DNA from: Alphaproteobacteria bacterium
GTDB taxonomy: Bacteria > Pseudomonadota > Alphaproteobacteria > SP197
NCBI GenBank assembly: GCA_964291415.2
Contig: OZ219920.1
Coordinates: 192,001 to 256,000 of the forward strand
Direction: 5' to 3'
DNA length: 64,000 nucleotides
Part shown: in pieces, positions 11,193 to 21,005 of the stretch
Layout of the letters: every line of letters begins with the position of its first letter
Numbering within the stretch: position 1 is the first letter of the stretch
Position numbers and translations under genes: made by a program
The notes under the pieces: generated by a model
Database searches by the model: none
The model's input: the letters and a program-made list of their open reading frames with translations, nothing else
What the model was told of the DNA's origin: nothing

Positions 11193-12188
11193 TCAGCCGA
11201 GCGGCGCCTTGAGGCGGCCGATAACCTCGTCGAGCGTCACCCCGTCGGCCCGTGCCGCAAAGGTGAGCTGCATGCGATGGCGCAGCACCGGACCGGCCAG
11301 GTCCAGGACATCGTCGACCGAGGGCGCCAGGCGTTGCTCGAGCAGGGCCCGGGCCCTCACCGCCAGCATCAGGGACTGGCTGGCCCTGGGTCCCGGTCCC
11401 CAGAGAATGCCGGAACTCTCGTCGGATGCATCCGGGCGGCCCGAGCGCACGAGGTCGAGGATGGCCTCGACGACGCTTTCGCCCACCGGAATGCGGCGCA
11501 CCAGTCTCTGTGCCGCCATCAGCTCGGTGCTGTTCAGCACACCCGCCGGTTCCTCCTCGTCGAGGCCGGTGGTCACGACCAGCATCTCGCGTTCGGCGTC
11601 GCGACCGGGGTAGTCGATGTCGATTTCCATGAGGAAGCGGTCGAGCTGGGCCTCGGGAAGCGGATAGGTGCCCTCGAGCTCCAGGGGGTTCTGCGTGGCG
11701 AACACGTGGAAGGGTTGCGGCAGTTGGCGCCTGGTGCCGGCGACGGTCACGGCGTGTTCCTGCATCGCCTGGAGGAGTGCCGACTGGGTGCGCGGGCTGG
11801 CACGGTTGATCTCGTCGGCCATCAGGAAACTGCAGAACACGGGTCCGGGAATGAACCTGAATTCGCGCAGACCACTTTCCGATTCCTCAAGGACCTCGGA
11901 GCCGAGGATGTCGGCGGGCATGAGGTCCGGAGTGCACTGGACTCGCTTGGTATCGAGGCCGGTCACCGTGCCGATGGTCTCGACCAGCCGGGTCTTGCCG
12001 AGTCCGGGGACACCGATCAGCAATGCGTGTCCACCGGCGAGCAGTGTGATGAGAAACTGGTCGATCACTGTGTCCTGACCAAAGATGACACGGCCGATCG
12101 CCGCCCGCACGTCGGCCAGCCGGGCCCCCGTGCGGTCGATTTCGGTGGCAAGGTCCCTTGCCTCGCTGGTGCAGGGTTCGTGGTTCAC
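11193..12188 (-). CDS. moxR: MoxR family AAA+ ATPase
   Basis: Walker A GVPGLGKT, TPDLMPADI, Walker B LMADEINRA, ATQNPLE.GTYPLPEAQLDRF. Confidence 0.96.
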   Translation of the reverse strand: MNHEPCTSEARDLATEIDRTGARLADVRAAIGRVIFGQDTVIDQFLITLLAGGHALLIGVPGLGKTRLVETIGTVTGLDTKRVQCTPDLMPADILGSEVLEESESGLREFRFIPGPVFCSFLMADEINRASPRTQSALLQAMQEHAVTVAGTRRQLPQPFHVFATQNPLELEGTYPLPEAQLDRFLMEIDIDYPGRDAEREMLVVTTGLDEEEPAGVLNSTELMAAQRLVRRIPVGESVVEAILDLVRSGRPDASDESSGILWGPGPRASQSLMLAVRARALLEQRLAPSVDDVLDLAGPVLRHRMQLTFAARADGVTLDEVIGRLKAPLG

Positions 12189-12268
12189 GGCACTGTCTCT
12201 CCCCGGGAAAGGTATGGTGGTCTAGAATGGCGACATTGAATCAGGGTGCAATCCCGAGGACTCCCGAT

Positions 12269-12820
12269 ATGCCCCCAGAACGGATCCGCGATGACGCTGC
12301 CGCCGCCGACGGCGACCCTGTCCGGCAGCTCCTGACCGGGGACATCGATATCAGGATTGCCCGCGACGGTACCTGGTATCACGAAGGCCGGCCCATTCGC
12401 AGAATGGCTCTGGTGAAGCTGTTTGCCGGTATCCTGCGATGTGAAGATGATGGTGAATACTACCTGAAGACTCCGCTGGAGAAGCGCCGCATACGCGTGG
12501 ATGATGCACCATTCGTCGCGGTCGAGTCGACCATTGAGGGCGAAGGTCCACAGAGCAGGGTGCACTTTCGCACCAATGTCGATGATCACGTCACGGCGGA
12601 CGCCGTTCACCCGGTACGGGTCGTGATGGACCCTGGAACGGGAGAGCCGTCACCCTACGTGCTCGTTCGCGACAGACTCGAGGCCCTGATCGCGCGTCCG
12701 GTCTACTATGACCTCGTGAACAGGGGCCGGATCGCGTGGCAGGATGGCCGCGAGGTTCTGGGGATCGATTCATGCGGCTGCTTCTTTGTCCTGGGCGAAA
12801 CGTCCGATGACGCCGGTTGA
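12269..12820 (+). CDS. DUF1285 domain protein
   Basis: IDIRIARDGTWYHEGRPI.R..LVKLF...VDDAPF...FRTNVDD...PYVLVRDRLEALIAR. Start chosen after GAGGA; 12227 is an alternative. Confidence 0.88.
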   Translation: MPPERIRDDAAAADGDPVRQLLTGDIDIRIARDGTWYHEGRPIRRMALVKLFAGILRCEDDGEYYLKTPLEKRRIRVDDAPFVAVESTIEGEGPQSRVHFRTNVDDHVTADAVHPVRVVMDPGTGEPSPYVLVRDRLEALIARPVYYDLVNRGRIAWQDGREVLGIDSCGCFFVLGETSDDAG

Positions 12821-13394
12821 GGTGCTCAGCGCCTTCCGCAGGATGCCGCAGGCACAGATCGAGCCACCGCAACCGGCCTGGGCCGAGGGTCCGGTGCGGC
12901 GGGCAGCTGCCGTTCTCATTCCCCTGGTCGATCGCCAGGAAGACTCCATGACCGTGATCTTCGGCCAACGCTCGCAGACGCTTGCCCACCATGCAGGCGA
13001 AGTCAGCTTTCCCGGCGGCCGCATCGAAGCTGGCGAGGACGAGGCCACCGCCGCCCTGCGCGAAGCCAGGGAGGAGATCGGACTCGAGTCCTCCAGGGTG
13101 CGCGTGGTCTGTCGACTCGACACGCAACGAGCCGGTTCGGGCTATTCCATCGCACCCCTTGTCGGTCTCGTCGCACCCCCCGTCGCCCTGCAGCCTGATG
13201 GCATCGAGATCGTCGACGCCTTCGAGGTGCCGCTGGGGTTCCTGCTTGACCCCGGGAACCATCGTCGGGCGAGCATGGTGTGGCGTGGCGAGAGGCGCTG
13301 GTACAGTCTCTTCGAGTACGGTTCGCGAACCATCTGGGGTGCGACAGCAACGATCGTGGTCAATCTCGTCGAGGTGCTGCGGGGTGAAAGATAA
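12807..13394 (+). CDS. CoA pyrophosphatase (Nudix, NudL-like)
   Basis: AAVLIPL, HAGEVSFPGG and Nudix box ALREAREEIG, IWGATA. Confidence 0.93.
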   Translation: MTPVEVLSAFRRMPQAQIEPPQPAWAEGPVRRAAAVLIPLVDRQEDSMTVIFGQRSQTLAHHAGEVSFPGGRIEAGEDEATAALREAREEIGLESSRVRVVCRLDTQRAGSGYSIAPLVGLVAPPVALQPDGIEIVDAFEVPLGFLLDPGNHRRASMVWRGERRWYSLFEYGSRTIWGATATIVVNLVEVLRGER

Positions 13395-13666
13395 TGCGCT
13401 ACCTGTTGCCGGTCATCCTGATTGCGGTCCCCCTCATCTCCTACATCGTCTGGTACCGCCTGGCGCGCGAAAAGGCGCGGCGCCTCGAGGAGGGTACGCT
13501 GCCTGGCTGGCGCGAAGCGCCCTGGGGGCTCATCTTCCTTGGAACGCTGGCCCTCGTGATCATCACGCTCGCGGTCTTCGGGTTTGTCGGTCCCGATCCG
13601 TCCGGGGACTATGTACCGGCGCGCCTCGAGGACGGCGTGGTGGTTCCAGGCTATGTCACCGACTGA
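13394..13666 (+). CDS. Small two-TM membrane protein (DUF6111-like)
   Basis: Two hydrophobic segments and C-terminal YVPARLEDGVVVPG. Typical position between the Nudix and CCA genes. Confidence 0.75.
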   Translation: MRYLLPVILIAVPLISYIVWYRLAREKARRLEEGTLPGWREAPWGLIFLGTLALVIITLAVFGFVGPDPSGDYVPARLEDGVVVPGYVTD

Positions 13667-13711
13667 CCCAGGGCGCGCGACCAGATCCATGCTGGCAACG
13701 GTTCATGAGCC

Positions 13712-14941
13712 ATGTCGGACACCGACCGTCCCGTAGACTCCATCGATGCCGCGCCACTCCTGGCAAGGCCCGGTGTGACGAGCGTGGTGGAGGCACTGGC
13801 CTCGAGGGGCAGGGATGTGCGTTTCGTCGGCGGATGCGTGCGGGACCTGGTGGCGGACCGCGAAATCGCCGATGTCGATGTCGCCACGCCGGATCCTCCC
13901 GAAGGCGTGACAGGTCTGCTGGAGGACCGCGGGATCAAGGTGGTGCCTACGGGCTTCTCCCACGGCACGGTGACAGCGGTGGTCCTGGGCAGGGGGATCG
14001 AGGTCACCACGCTGAGGGTGGACGTGGCAACCGATGGCCGCCACGCCGAAGTGGCCTTTACCAGCGACTGGCAGGCCGATGCGGCACGTCGCGACTTCAC
14101 CATCAACGCAATGAGCCTCAGACCGTCGGGCGAGCTGTTCGACTACTTCGGCGGGCGCCAGGACCTCGCCGACGGACGTGTCAGATTCGTTGGCGACGCC
14201 GCAGAGCGCATCACCGAGGACAGGTTGCGCGTGTTGCGCTATTTCCGCTTTCTGGCCCATTACGGCCACGGGACACCGGACCCGCAGGCCCTGGCGGCCT
14301 GTGCTTCGGCCAGAGCATCCCTGGGGTGCCTGGCGGCCGAACGCATCCAGTCAGAGCTCTTCAGGCTTCTGGGCGCGCCACATCCCCTGCCGGCACTCGA
14401 TCTCATGGTCTCGAGCGGTGTGCTGGAGCACCTGCTGCCGGAAGCGGGCGACCTGACGACCCTCGGCGCGCTCGCCGGCATCGATGATCGCGATCCCGTC
14501 CGTCGGCTTGCCGTCCTGACCCCGGCGGCCGGCGAAGCCGTGGCCCAGAGACTGCGCTGTTCGAAGGCCGTTCGCCGGCGCCTTGCCCGACTGGCGCCGC
14601 CGACGCTGGCGCTGGATCCGGACTGGACTGTTCCGAAACAGCGCCAGGCGCTCTACGACCTCGGGACGGACACCTTCCGCGATCTCGTTCTCCTTGCCTG
14701 GGCGGCGGACCGCTCCTGGAGGGCGTCGCGCTGGAGAGAGATGCTTGATACGGCGGTTCGCTGGGAGAACCCGCGCTTTCCGTTGCGCGGCCGGGACGTG
14801 CTCGCAGCCGGCATCCGCCCAGGGCCCGAGGTGAAGGCTGTCCTCAGGGACATCGAGGCATGGTGGCGCCGGAAGGACTTCAGGCCGGATCGCACATCCT
14901 GCCTCGAAAGACTGACCGCAACGACGGGTGGGACGACGTGA
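13712..14941 (+). CDS. cca: CCA tRNA nucleotidyltransferase / poly(A) polymerase family
   Basis: VGGCVRD, DVDVAT, EVTTLR, DAARRDFTINA and EDRLRVLRYFRF motifs. Confidence 0.92.
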   Translation: MSDTDRPVDSIDAAPLLARPGVTSVVEALASRGRDVRFVGGCVRDLVADREIADVDVATPDPPEGVTGLLEDRGIKVVPTGFSHGTVTAVVLGRGIEVTTLRVDVATDGRHAEVAFTSDWQADAARRDFTINAMSLRPSGELFDYFGGRQDLADGRVRFVGDAAERITEDRLRVLRYFRFLAHYGHGTPDPQALAACASARASLGCLAAERIQSELFRLLGAPHPLPALDLMVSSGVLEHLLPEAGDLTTLGALAGIDDRDPVRRLAVLTPAAGEAVAQRLRCSKAVRRRLARLAPPTLALDPDWTVPKQRQALYDLGTDTFRDLVLLAWAADRSWRASRWREMLDTAVRWENPRFPLRGRDVLAAGIRPGPEVKAVLRDIEAWWRRKDFRPDRTSCLERLTATTGGTT

Positions 14942-15396
14942 AGGCTGCCGGAAGGTTTGCTTTGGCGTCCATCCTGCTGGCGACGTCCGCCATGGCGACG
15001 GACTCGCACATCATCGGCATTGAAGATCACTGGGTCGCGGAACCACCCCCTGGCGTGCCCGTCGCTGCCGCCTATGGCGTCATCACCTGCCATTGCGACA
15101 TGACCGATCGCCTGGTCTCCGTGGTCGTCGGCGGAGCGGAGGTGAGCGAACTTCACGCCACCACGTCAGGAGACGACGGTATCGTCGCCATGCGCCCGCT
15201 CGACGAAGGTATCGCCATCGATCCCGGGATCCCGCTCGTTCTTGAACCGGGCGGCCTTCACATCATGATCATGGGGCTTGAAGAGAGGCCGCTGGCCGGC
15301 GAGGTGATTCCCGTGTCCCTGGTGTTCGAGAGGGCGGGAGCGGTGGATGTCGTCTTCCCGGTGGCGGCACGGTCGGCCGACGGCACGCAACAATGA
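14938..15396 (+). CDS. Periplasmic copper chaperone PCu(A)C
   Basis: Signal peptide, AAAY, ELH...M...LEPGGLHIM motif. GTG overlaps the cca stop. Confidence 0.9.
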   Translation: MKAAGRFALASILLATSAMATDSHIIGIEDHWVAEPPPGVPVAAAYGVITCHCDMTDRLVSVVVGGAEVSELHATTSGDDGIVAMRPLDEGIAIDPGIPLVLEPGGLHIMIMGLEERPLAGEVIPVSLVFERAGAVDVVFPVAARSADGTQQ

Positions 15397-15983
15397 GGAT
15401 GCGGCACCTGGTCCAGGGCCTCCTGGCCGGTCTTCTTGTCGTGGCGACGGTGATCGGCGCCATGGAACTCCACCGGCGTCAGGTGGAGGAGGTTGAAGTC
15501 GTGATCGGCGGGCCGTTCTCCATGATGGCGCATGACGGCACCCGGGTGACCCACGACGATCTTGCCGGTCGCCGGTCCCTGGTGTTCTTCGGTTTCACCT
15601 ACTGCCCGGATATCTGCCCGACCACCCTTGTCCAGGTCGCGGCATGGCTTGATGCCATGGAAGACGAGGGGGACCTGATCGACGCCTACTTCGTCACCGT
15701 CGATCCGGAACGGGACACCCAGGAGCGCATGGCGGAGTACGTCACCTATTTTTCCGACCGCATCACCGGACTCGTCGGCACCGCCGACGAACTCCGGCGA
15801 ATGGCGGACTCCTACCGGCTTTACTATGCCCGCATCGACCTCGACGACGGCACCTACACGATGGATCACACGGCCGCCATCTACCTCATGGACGGCGAGG
15901 GCAGGTTCTTCGATGCCATCACCATGACGGCATCGTTCGACGAGGCCGTGGCGAAGCTCACCCGGCTCGTCGAGGACGGATGA
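15393..15983 (+). CDS. SCO1/SenC copper chaperone
   Basis: FFGFTYCPDICP, VDPERDT and YTMDHT motifs, N-terminal TM anchor. Confidence 0.95.
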   Translation: MRMRHLVQGLLAGLLVVATVIGAMELHRRQVEEVEVVIGGPFSMMAHDGTRVTHDDLAGRRSLVFFGFTYCPDICPTTLVQVAAWLDAMEDEGDLIDAYFVTVDPERDTQERMAEYVTYFSDRITGLVGTADELRRMADSYRLYYARIDLDDGTYTMDHTAAIYLMDGEGRFFDAITMTASFDEAVAKLTRLVEDG

Positions 15984-16026
15984 CCTGCCTGCGACGGAGA
16001 CATCGGCGGCCTTGGTCGAGGAGCGG

Positions 16027-16896
16027 TCAGGGCCAGGTTGCCACCGGTGGCAGGGACATCAGGACGGCTTCGGGATTCGCTCCGGTCATCAGTCCGAAGC
16101 GGGTGCCGCGGTCGTAGACGAGATTGAACTCCGCATAGCGGCCCCGCCACTGAAGCTGGCGCGAGCGTTCCGCGTCTGTCCAGGTCTCGTGCATGCGCCG
16201 GTGAACGAGGCGCGGATAGATGGCAAGGAACGTCTCCCCGACATCACGGGTGAAGGCCATTGACTCCTCGTCGGCGCGGAGGTCGTCGTAGAAGATGCCG
16301 CCGACGCCGCGCTTGAGGCCGCGGTGCGGAATGGTGAAGTAGTCATCGGCCCAGCGGCTGAAGGCAGCGTAGTCGGCGCACGGGTGCCGACCGCAGCATT
16401 GGGCGAGGGCGGCGTGAAAGTCCTTCGTGTCCTCGTCGCGCGGCAGGGGCGGGTTGAGATCGGTGCCCCCGCCGAACCATGCCTTGCCCGCGGTGGTGAT
16501 GTGGCGCGTGTTCATGTGAACGCCCGGCACGTGCGGCGAGCGCATGTGGGCGACAAGCGAGATGCCGGTTGCCCAGAAGCCGGCGTTGTCCGGTGTGGTG
16601 CCCGGGATTTCGCCGGCAAACTTCCGGTCGAAGTCGCCCCACACGGTGGAGATGTTGACCCCCACCTTCTCGAACACCCTGCCGCGCATGATCGCCATGA
16701 CTCCGCCACCGCCGCCGGCCCTCGTCCATTGACGGCGTTCAAATCGACCCGGGGGGCAATCGTGTCCCGGCCCGCCATCGGCATCCTCGATGGATTCGAA
16801 GACGGCGACGATGCGGTCGCGCAGGTTGCCGAACCAGTGGCATGCGGCGTCTCGTCGCTGTTGTGACCCGGCGAGGTCCGGCCGGTCTGTCGTCAT
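16027..16896 (-). CDS. hemF: Oxygen-dependent coproporphyrinogen III oxidase
   Basis: [23 protein letters not shown] and [18 protein letters not shown] motifs. Confidence 0.96.
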   Translation of the reverse strand: MTTDRPDLAGSQQRRDAACHWFGNLRDRIVAVFESIEDADGGPGHDCPPGRFERRQWTRAGGGGGVMAIMRGRVFEKVGVNISTVWGDFDRKFAGEIPGTTPDNAGFWATGISLVAHMRSPHVPGVHMNTRHITTAGKAWFGGGTDLNPPLPRDEDTKDFHAALAQCCGRHPCADYAAFSRWADDYFTIPHRGLKRGVGGIFYDDLRADEESMAFTRDVGETFLAIYPRLVHRRMHETWTDAERSRQLQWRGRYAEFNLVYDRGTRFGLMTGANPEAVLMSLPPVATWP

Positions 16897-17056
16897 GGGA
16901 GGCCAATCCGGGCGGCTGTCCCCGGCAGTCATGTCGCAGACCGTCAATGTCCGCAAGCCCCTTCCACATTCACTGCCTTGCGTGGCCATGGCGGGCGGTA
17001 TATTCATGGCCCGCCCGGAAGGGTCGCCGGAACAGGACTTAGGGGATTTCTTGATC

Positions 17057-17581
17057 ATGGCGGAGCACGCTCCCGACGCGCAGGAGGTGGACCGGCGCGA
17101 TTTTCTCAGTGTGGCGACCATCGGCGTGACGGCTGTCGGCGCCGGTTTCGCCGCGTGGCCGTTCATCGCGCAGTGGAACCCGGCTGCTGATGTTCTGGCG
17201 CTTGCCACCATCGAGGTCGACCTGGCGCCGGTGGCCGAGGGCCAGCAGATCACGGTGAACTGGCGGGGCAAACCGGTGTTCATCCGTCATCGCACGGCAG
17301 ACGAGATCGCCGCTGCGCGCGATGTCGACATGGACGATCTCAAGGATCCGCAACCTGACAGCGAACGGGCCCTTCGCCCGGAGTGGCTCATCATGGTCGG
17401 GGTGTGTACCCACCTCGGGTGCGTTCCCCTGGGAAACCAGGGTGAATACCACGGCTGGTTCTGCCCCTGTCACGGCTCCCACTACGATACCTCGGGTCGC
17501 ATCAGGAAGGGACCGGCGCCGGAGAACCTCGGAATTCCGGACTACGTCTTCACCGATGACACGACCGTTGTCATCGGCTGA
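17057..17581 (+). CDS. petA: Ubiquinol-cytochrome c reductase Rieske subunit
   Basis: Tat RRDFL, CTHLGC and CPCHGS boxes. Confidence 0.98.
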   Translation: MAEHAPDAQEVDRRDFLSVATIGVTAVGAGFAAWPFIAQWNPAADVLALATIEVDLAPVAEGQQITVNWRGKPVFIRHRTADEIAAARDVDMDDLKDPQPDSERALRPEWLIMVGVCTHLGCVPLGNQGEYHGWFCPCHGSHYDTSGRIRKGPAPENLGIPDYVFTDDTTVVIG

Positions 17582-17596
17582 CCGGGGCACGTGACC

Positions 17597-18838
17597 ATGG
17601 CTGATTTCATGAACAACGGTTTCGTGCGCTGGTTCGACCGCCGCCTGCCGATCCTGAGCTGGACCAACCACCATCTCATCGACTACCCGGCGCCGCGCAA
17701 TCTCAACTACATGTGGAATTTCGGGTCACTGGCCGGAATCGCGCTGGTGATCCAGATCGTCACCGGCATCGTGCTGGCGATGCACTACGCGCCGCATGCC
17801 GACATGGCCTTCGACAGTGTCGAGAGGATCATGCGCGACGTCGAATACGGCTGGTTGATGCGCTACGCCCACGCCAATGGCGCCTCGTTCTTCTTCATCG
17901 TCGTCTATCTCCATGTCTTCAGGGGGCTCTACTACGGCTCCTACAAGGCTCCGCGGGAGGTCCTGTGGTGGATCGGCCTGGTGATTCTCCTGACCATGAT
18001 GGCCACCGCCTTCATGGGGTACGTGTTGCCCTGGGGGCAGATGAGCTTCTGGGCGGCGACCGTGATCACCAACCTGCTGTCGGCCCTTCCGGTCGTCGGC
18101 GAACCCCTTGTCGAATGGGTGTGGGGCGGCTTTTCGGTGGACAACCCGACACTCGTGCGCTTCTACGCCCTTCACTTCCTGTTGCCGTTCGTCATCGTCG
18201 GTCTGGTGGGTCTCCACCTGTGGGCGCTGCATCACACCAAGTCCGGCAACCCCCTCGGCATCGACACCACCGGACCGCAGGACTCCGTCCGCTTCCATCC
18301 CTACTACACGATCAAGGACGCCTTCGGCGCCGGGGTGTTCCTGCTCGTCTTCGCTGTCTTCCTGTTCTACGCCCCGAACTACCTCGGGCACCCGGACAAC
18401 TACATTCCGGCCGATCCCCTCAAGACACCGGCGCACATCGTTCCGGAATGGTACTTCCTGCCGTTCTACGCGATCCTGCGCGCCATTCCCTCGAAGCTGG
18501 GCGGCGCCGTTGCCATGGCGCTGTCGATCGGCATCCTGTTCCTCCTGCCCTGGCTTGACACCTCCAGGGTGCGCTCGGCGGCTTTCCGTCCCGTGTTCAG
18601 GTGGTTCTTCTGGATCCTGGTCATCGACATCGTCGTGCTGGGCTTCGTCGGCGCCAATCCGCCTGAAGGGGCGTGGATCGTGATCGGCCAGATCGCGACT
18701 GCCTGGTACTTCCTCCATTTCCTGATCCTGTTGCCCCTGATCGGCTGGTTCGAGAGACCCCGTCCGTTGCCCGCCAGCATTGCCACGGCGGTCCTCGAAG
18801 GGAGCGGATCGGCATCCGCGGGGCGGGGAGCGAGATGA
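17597..18838 (+). CDS. petB: Cytochrome b
   Basis: [20 protein letters not shown] and PEWY motifs. Confidence 0.98.
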   Translation: MADFMNNGFVRWFDRRLPILSWTNHHLIDYPAPRNLNYMWNFGSLAGIALVIQIVTGIVLAMHYAPHADMAFDSVERIMRDVEYGWLMRYAHANGASFFFIVVYLHVFRGLYYGSYKAPREVLWWIGLVILLTMMATAFMGYVLPWGQMSFWAATVITNLLSALPVVGEPLVEWVWGGFSVDNPTLVRFYALHFLLPFVIVGLVGLHLWALHHTKSGNPLGIDTTGPQDSVRFHPYYTIKDAFGAGVFLLVFAVFLFYAPNYLGHPDNYIPADPLKTPAHIVPEWYFLPFYAILRAIPSKLGGAVAMALSIGILFLLPWLDTSRVRSAAFRPVFRWFFWILVIDIVVLGFVGANPPEGAWIVIGQIATAWYFLHFLILLPLIGWFERPRPLPASIATAVLEGSGSASAGRGAR

Positions 18839-19590
18839 TGAAGCGCATCCTTCCCGTGATCGGCCTCCTTGTCTTCGCCCTGCCGGCGTGGGCGGCTTCG
18901 CCAGCCGTGTCGCCACAGCAATTCTCGTGGTCCTGGGAGGGGATTTTCGGCACCTACGACCGTGAGCAGGTGCGGCGGGGGCTGGAGATCTTCACCACGC
19001 AGTGCCAGAGCTGCCACAGCCTCAAGTACATCCGCTTCCGCGATCTCGTGGCCATCGGTCTCAGCGAGGATGAGGCCGGTGCGCTGGCCGCCGATTACGA
19101 GGTCGCCGGACCGCCCGACGAGTGGGGTGACGAGACCACGAAGCAGGCGGCGCTGTCGGACGCGATTCCCGGGCCCTACCGGAACGACACCGAGGCGCGG
19201 GCACTCAACAACGGTGCGCTGCCCCCCGATCTGTCGCTGATGGTGAAGGCGCGTGTCGATGGCGCCAACTACATCGCCTCCCTGCTCTCGGACCCCGAGT
19301 ACAACCAGAGTGAACCGGACGCCGACGGGCTCTACCACAATCCCTACTTCGCCGGCGGCAGCATTGCCATGGCGCCGCCGCTCTACGAGGGTCTCCTCGT
19401 CGATGCGGACGGCAACGATGTGGCGGTTGACGCACTCGCAACGGACATCACGGCCTTTCTGGCCTGGACCGCCGAGCCCAAACTCGAGGATCGCAAGAAA
19501 ATGGGGCTGAAGGTCGTCCTCTTCCTGCTCGTGCTGACCGGGCTCTACTACGTCTGGAAGAGGAAGGTCTGGGCCAACGTCGAACACTGA
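18835..19590 (+). CDS. petC: Cytochrome c1
   Basis: Signal peptide, CQSCH haem motif, [12 protein letters not shown] axial Met, C-terminal TM helix. Confidence 0.97.
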   Translation: MMKRILPVIGLLVFALPAWAASPAVSPQQFSWSWEGIFGTYDREQVRRGLEIFTTQCQSCHSLKYIRFRDLVAIGLSEDEAGALAADYEVAGPPDEWGDETTKQAALSDAIPGPYRNDTEARALNNGALPPDLSLMVKARVDGANYIASLLSDPEYNQSEPDADGLYHNPYFAGGSIAMAPPLYEGLLVDADGNDVAVDALATDITAFLAWTAEPKLEDRKKMGLKVVLFLLVLTGLYYVWKRKVWANVEH

Positions 19591-19616
19591 CCCGAGGGCC
19601 CGGTGACGGTGCGGTG

Positions 19617-19690
19617 TGGCTGGGGGACCTGGATTCGAACCAGGACTATTCGGGTCAGAGCCGAAGGTTCTACCGTTAAACTATCCCCCA
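19617..19690 (-). tRNA. tRNA-Gln (anticodon CTG), CCA encoded
   Basis: Reverse complement TGGGGGATAGTTTAACGGTAGAACCTTCGGCTCTGACCCGAATAGTCCTGGTTCGAATCCAGGTCCCCCAGCCA folds as a cloverleaf. Anticodon stem TTCGG/CCGAA. Confidence 0.97.
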
Positions 19691-19705
19691 GCAGGGGACG
19701 CGGCG

Positions 19706-19735
19706 ACGCTAGATGAGGCGGGTGTGGGGTGTCAA
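19706..19735 (-). promoter_or_regulatory. Sigma70-type promoter of tRNA-Gln
   Basis: TTGACA (19735-19730), 18-nt spacer, TAGCGT (19711-19706), just upstream of the tRNA. Confidence 0.6.
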
Positions 19736-19796
19736 CCGCAACGACGCTCCGGAGACACCCTGCCGCTGGCCGGGGGTGAGATTGGGCCGCAGGAAC

Positions 19797-20468
19797 GTGA
19801 CGCGCCCGCAGGGACGGCGCCTGAAGCAAAGGCTGAAGAAGAACGCCGGGCGCAGTCCGTCGTCGATCCGCTGGCTGGAGCGCCAGGTCAACGATATCTG
19901 GACCGAGGGCGCCCGTCGCGAGGGATGGCGGTCGCGGGCGGCCTACAAGCTCATTCAGCTCGATGAGCGATTCTCCCTCTTGAGGCCCGGGATCCGGGTG
20001 GTCGACCTTGGCGCAGCTCCCGGTGGCTGGTCCCAGGTGGCCGCCAGCCGGGTTGCAGGCGCGCCCGTGATCGCGGTGGACGTGCTGGGGATGGAGAGTC
20101 TCGCCGGTGTGACGATCGTTGCCGGCGATATCCGTGAGGGAAAGACCCGGGACGTCGTGCTCGAGGCGCTCGGTGGCGAGGCGGACCTCGTCCTTTCTGA
20201 CATGGCTGCACCGGCGACAGGGCACCGTTCGACGGATCATCTGCGGACTCAGGCCCTTGCCGAGGAAGCCGGTGCCTTTGCGGCGACGGTGCTTGTCCCT
20301 GGCGGCTGCCTTGTCGTCAAGGTCCTGCGCGGCGGCGCCGGGAACACGCTGCTTTCCGACCTGCGGCGCGACTTCAAGACGGTTCATCACGTCAAGCCCG
20401 AGGCCAGCCGCCAGCAGTCTTCGGAGATCTACGTCGTGGCGAGGGGATTTCGCAGGAATTCCCGGTGA
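19797..20468 (+). CDS. rlmE: 23S rRNA Um2552 methyltransferase
   Basis: WLERQVND...RSRAAYKL, DLGAAPGGWSQ and K-D-K-E tetrad. GTG start inferred after AGGA. Confidence 0.94.
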   Translation: MTRPQGRRLKQRLKKNAGRSPSSIRWLERQVNDIWTEGARREGWRSRAAYKLIQLDERFSLLRPGIRVVDLGAAPGGWSQVAASRVAGAPVIAVDVLGMESLAGVTIVAGDIREGKTRDVVLEALGGEADLVLSDMAAPATGHRSTDHLRTQALAEEAGAFAATVLVPGGCLVVKVLRGGAGNTLLSDLRRDFKTVHHVKPEASRQQSSEIYVVARGFRRNSR

Positions 20469-21005
20469 TCCCGCACGGCGTGCTGGTTACCGCCCGACAG
20501 CCGTTGGCGAGCATGCCGACGTTTCGGATGAGCCCTTCGGGGCGCTCGCTCGACAGGCATGGGCCGCTTCCCTGGCCGGATGATCGGGTGTGTTCTACGT
20601 GACGCCCGTGGCGCGGTCCCGGACCGGTGCCGCCTCGGGTGACTCGTGCCCTGAAGAGTGCCCTGCCACGCGGATCTGTGCTCCGCGTTCTCAGGAGATG
20701 CGTGGAGTCGTCGACACCATCCACCCCGCATTCCGCCATCACGTGACACTGCCTCTGCCCTTCATGGTTCATCTGCTCCCCTTGTGCGTGTCAGCCGTAC
20801 CGAACGGGGCATAAAGGAGGGGACAAGGGATCGACCCCGGCAAGCGGGCCGTTCCATGGCCAGGCGGCCTGGCTCGCGGCATTCCAGGCTGCGTCGTGGA
20901 CCGTGAACCAGGCGGCAGACGCTCCTCACGACGCCTGTTCATCGCGTTCCGTTCCGGCCGCCGAGGCAGGTCTGGCGGCAATCACACCGGCCGGTCACCG
21001 CAGGT

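Noticed and set aside
19591-19690. tRNA-Gln as an occupied integration site
   Set aside because: Only 26 bp separate its 3' end from petC, and I saw no duplicate of its 3' end elsewhere in the window.
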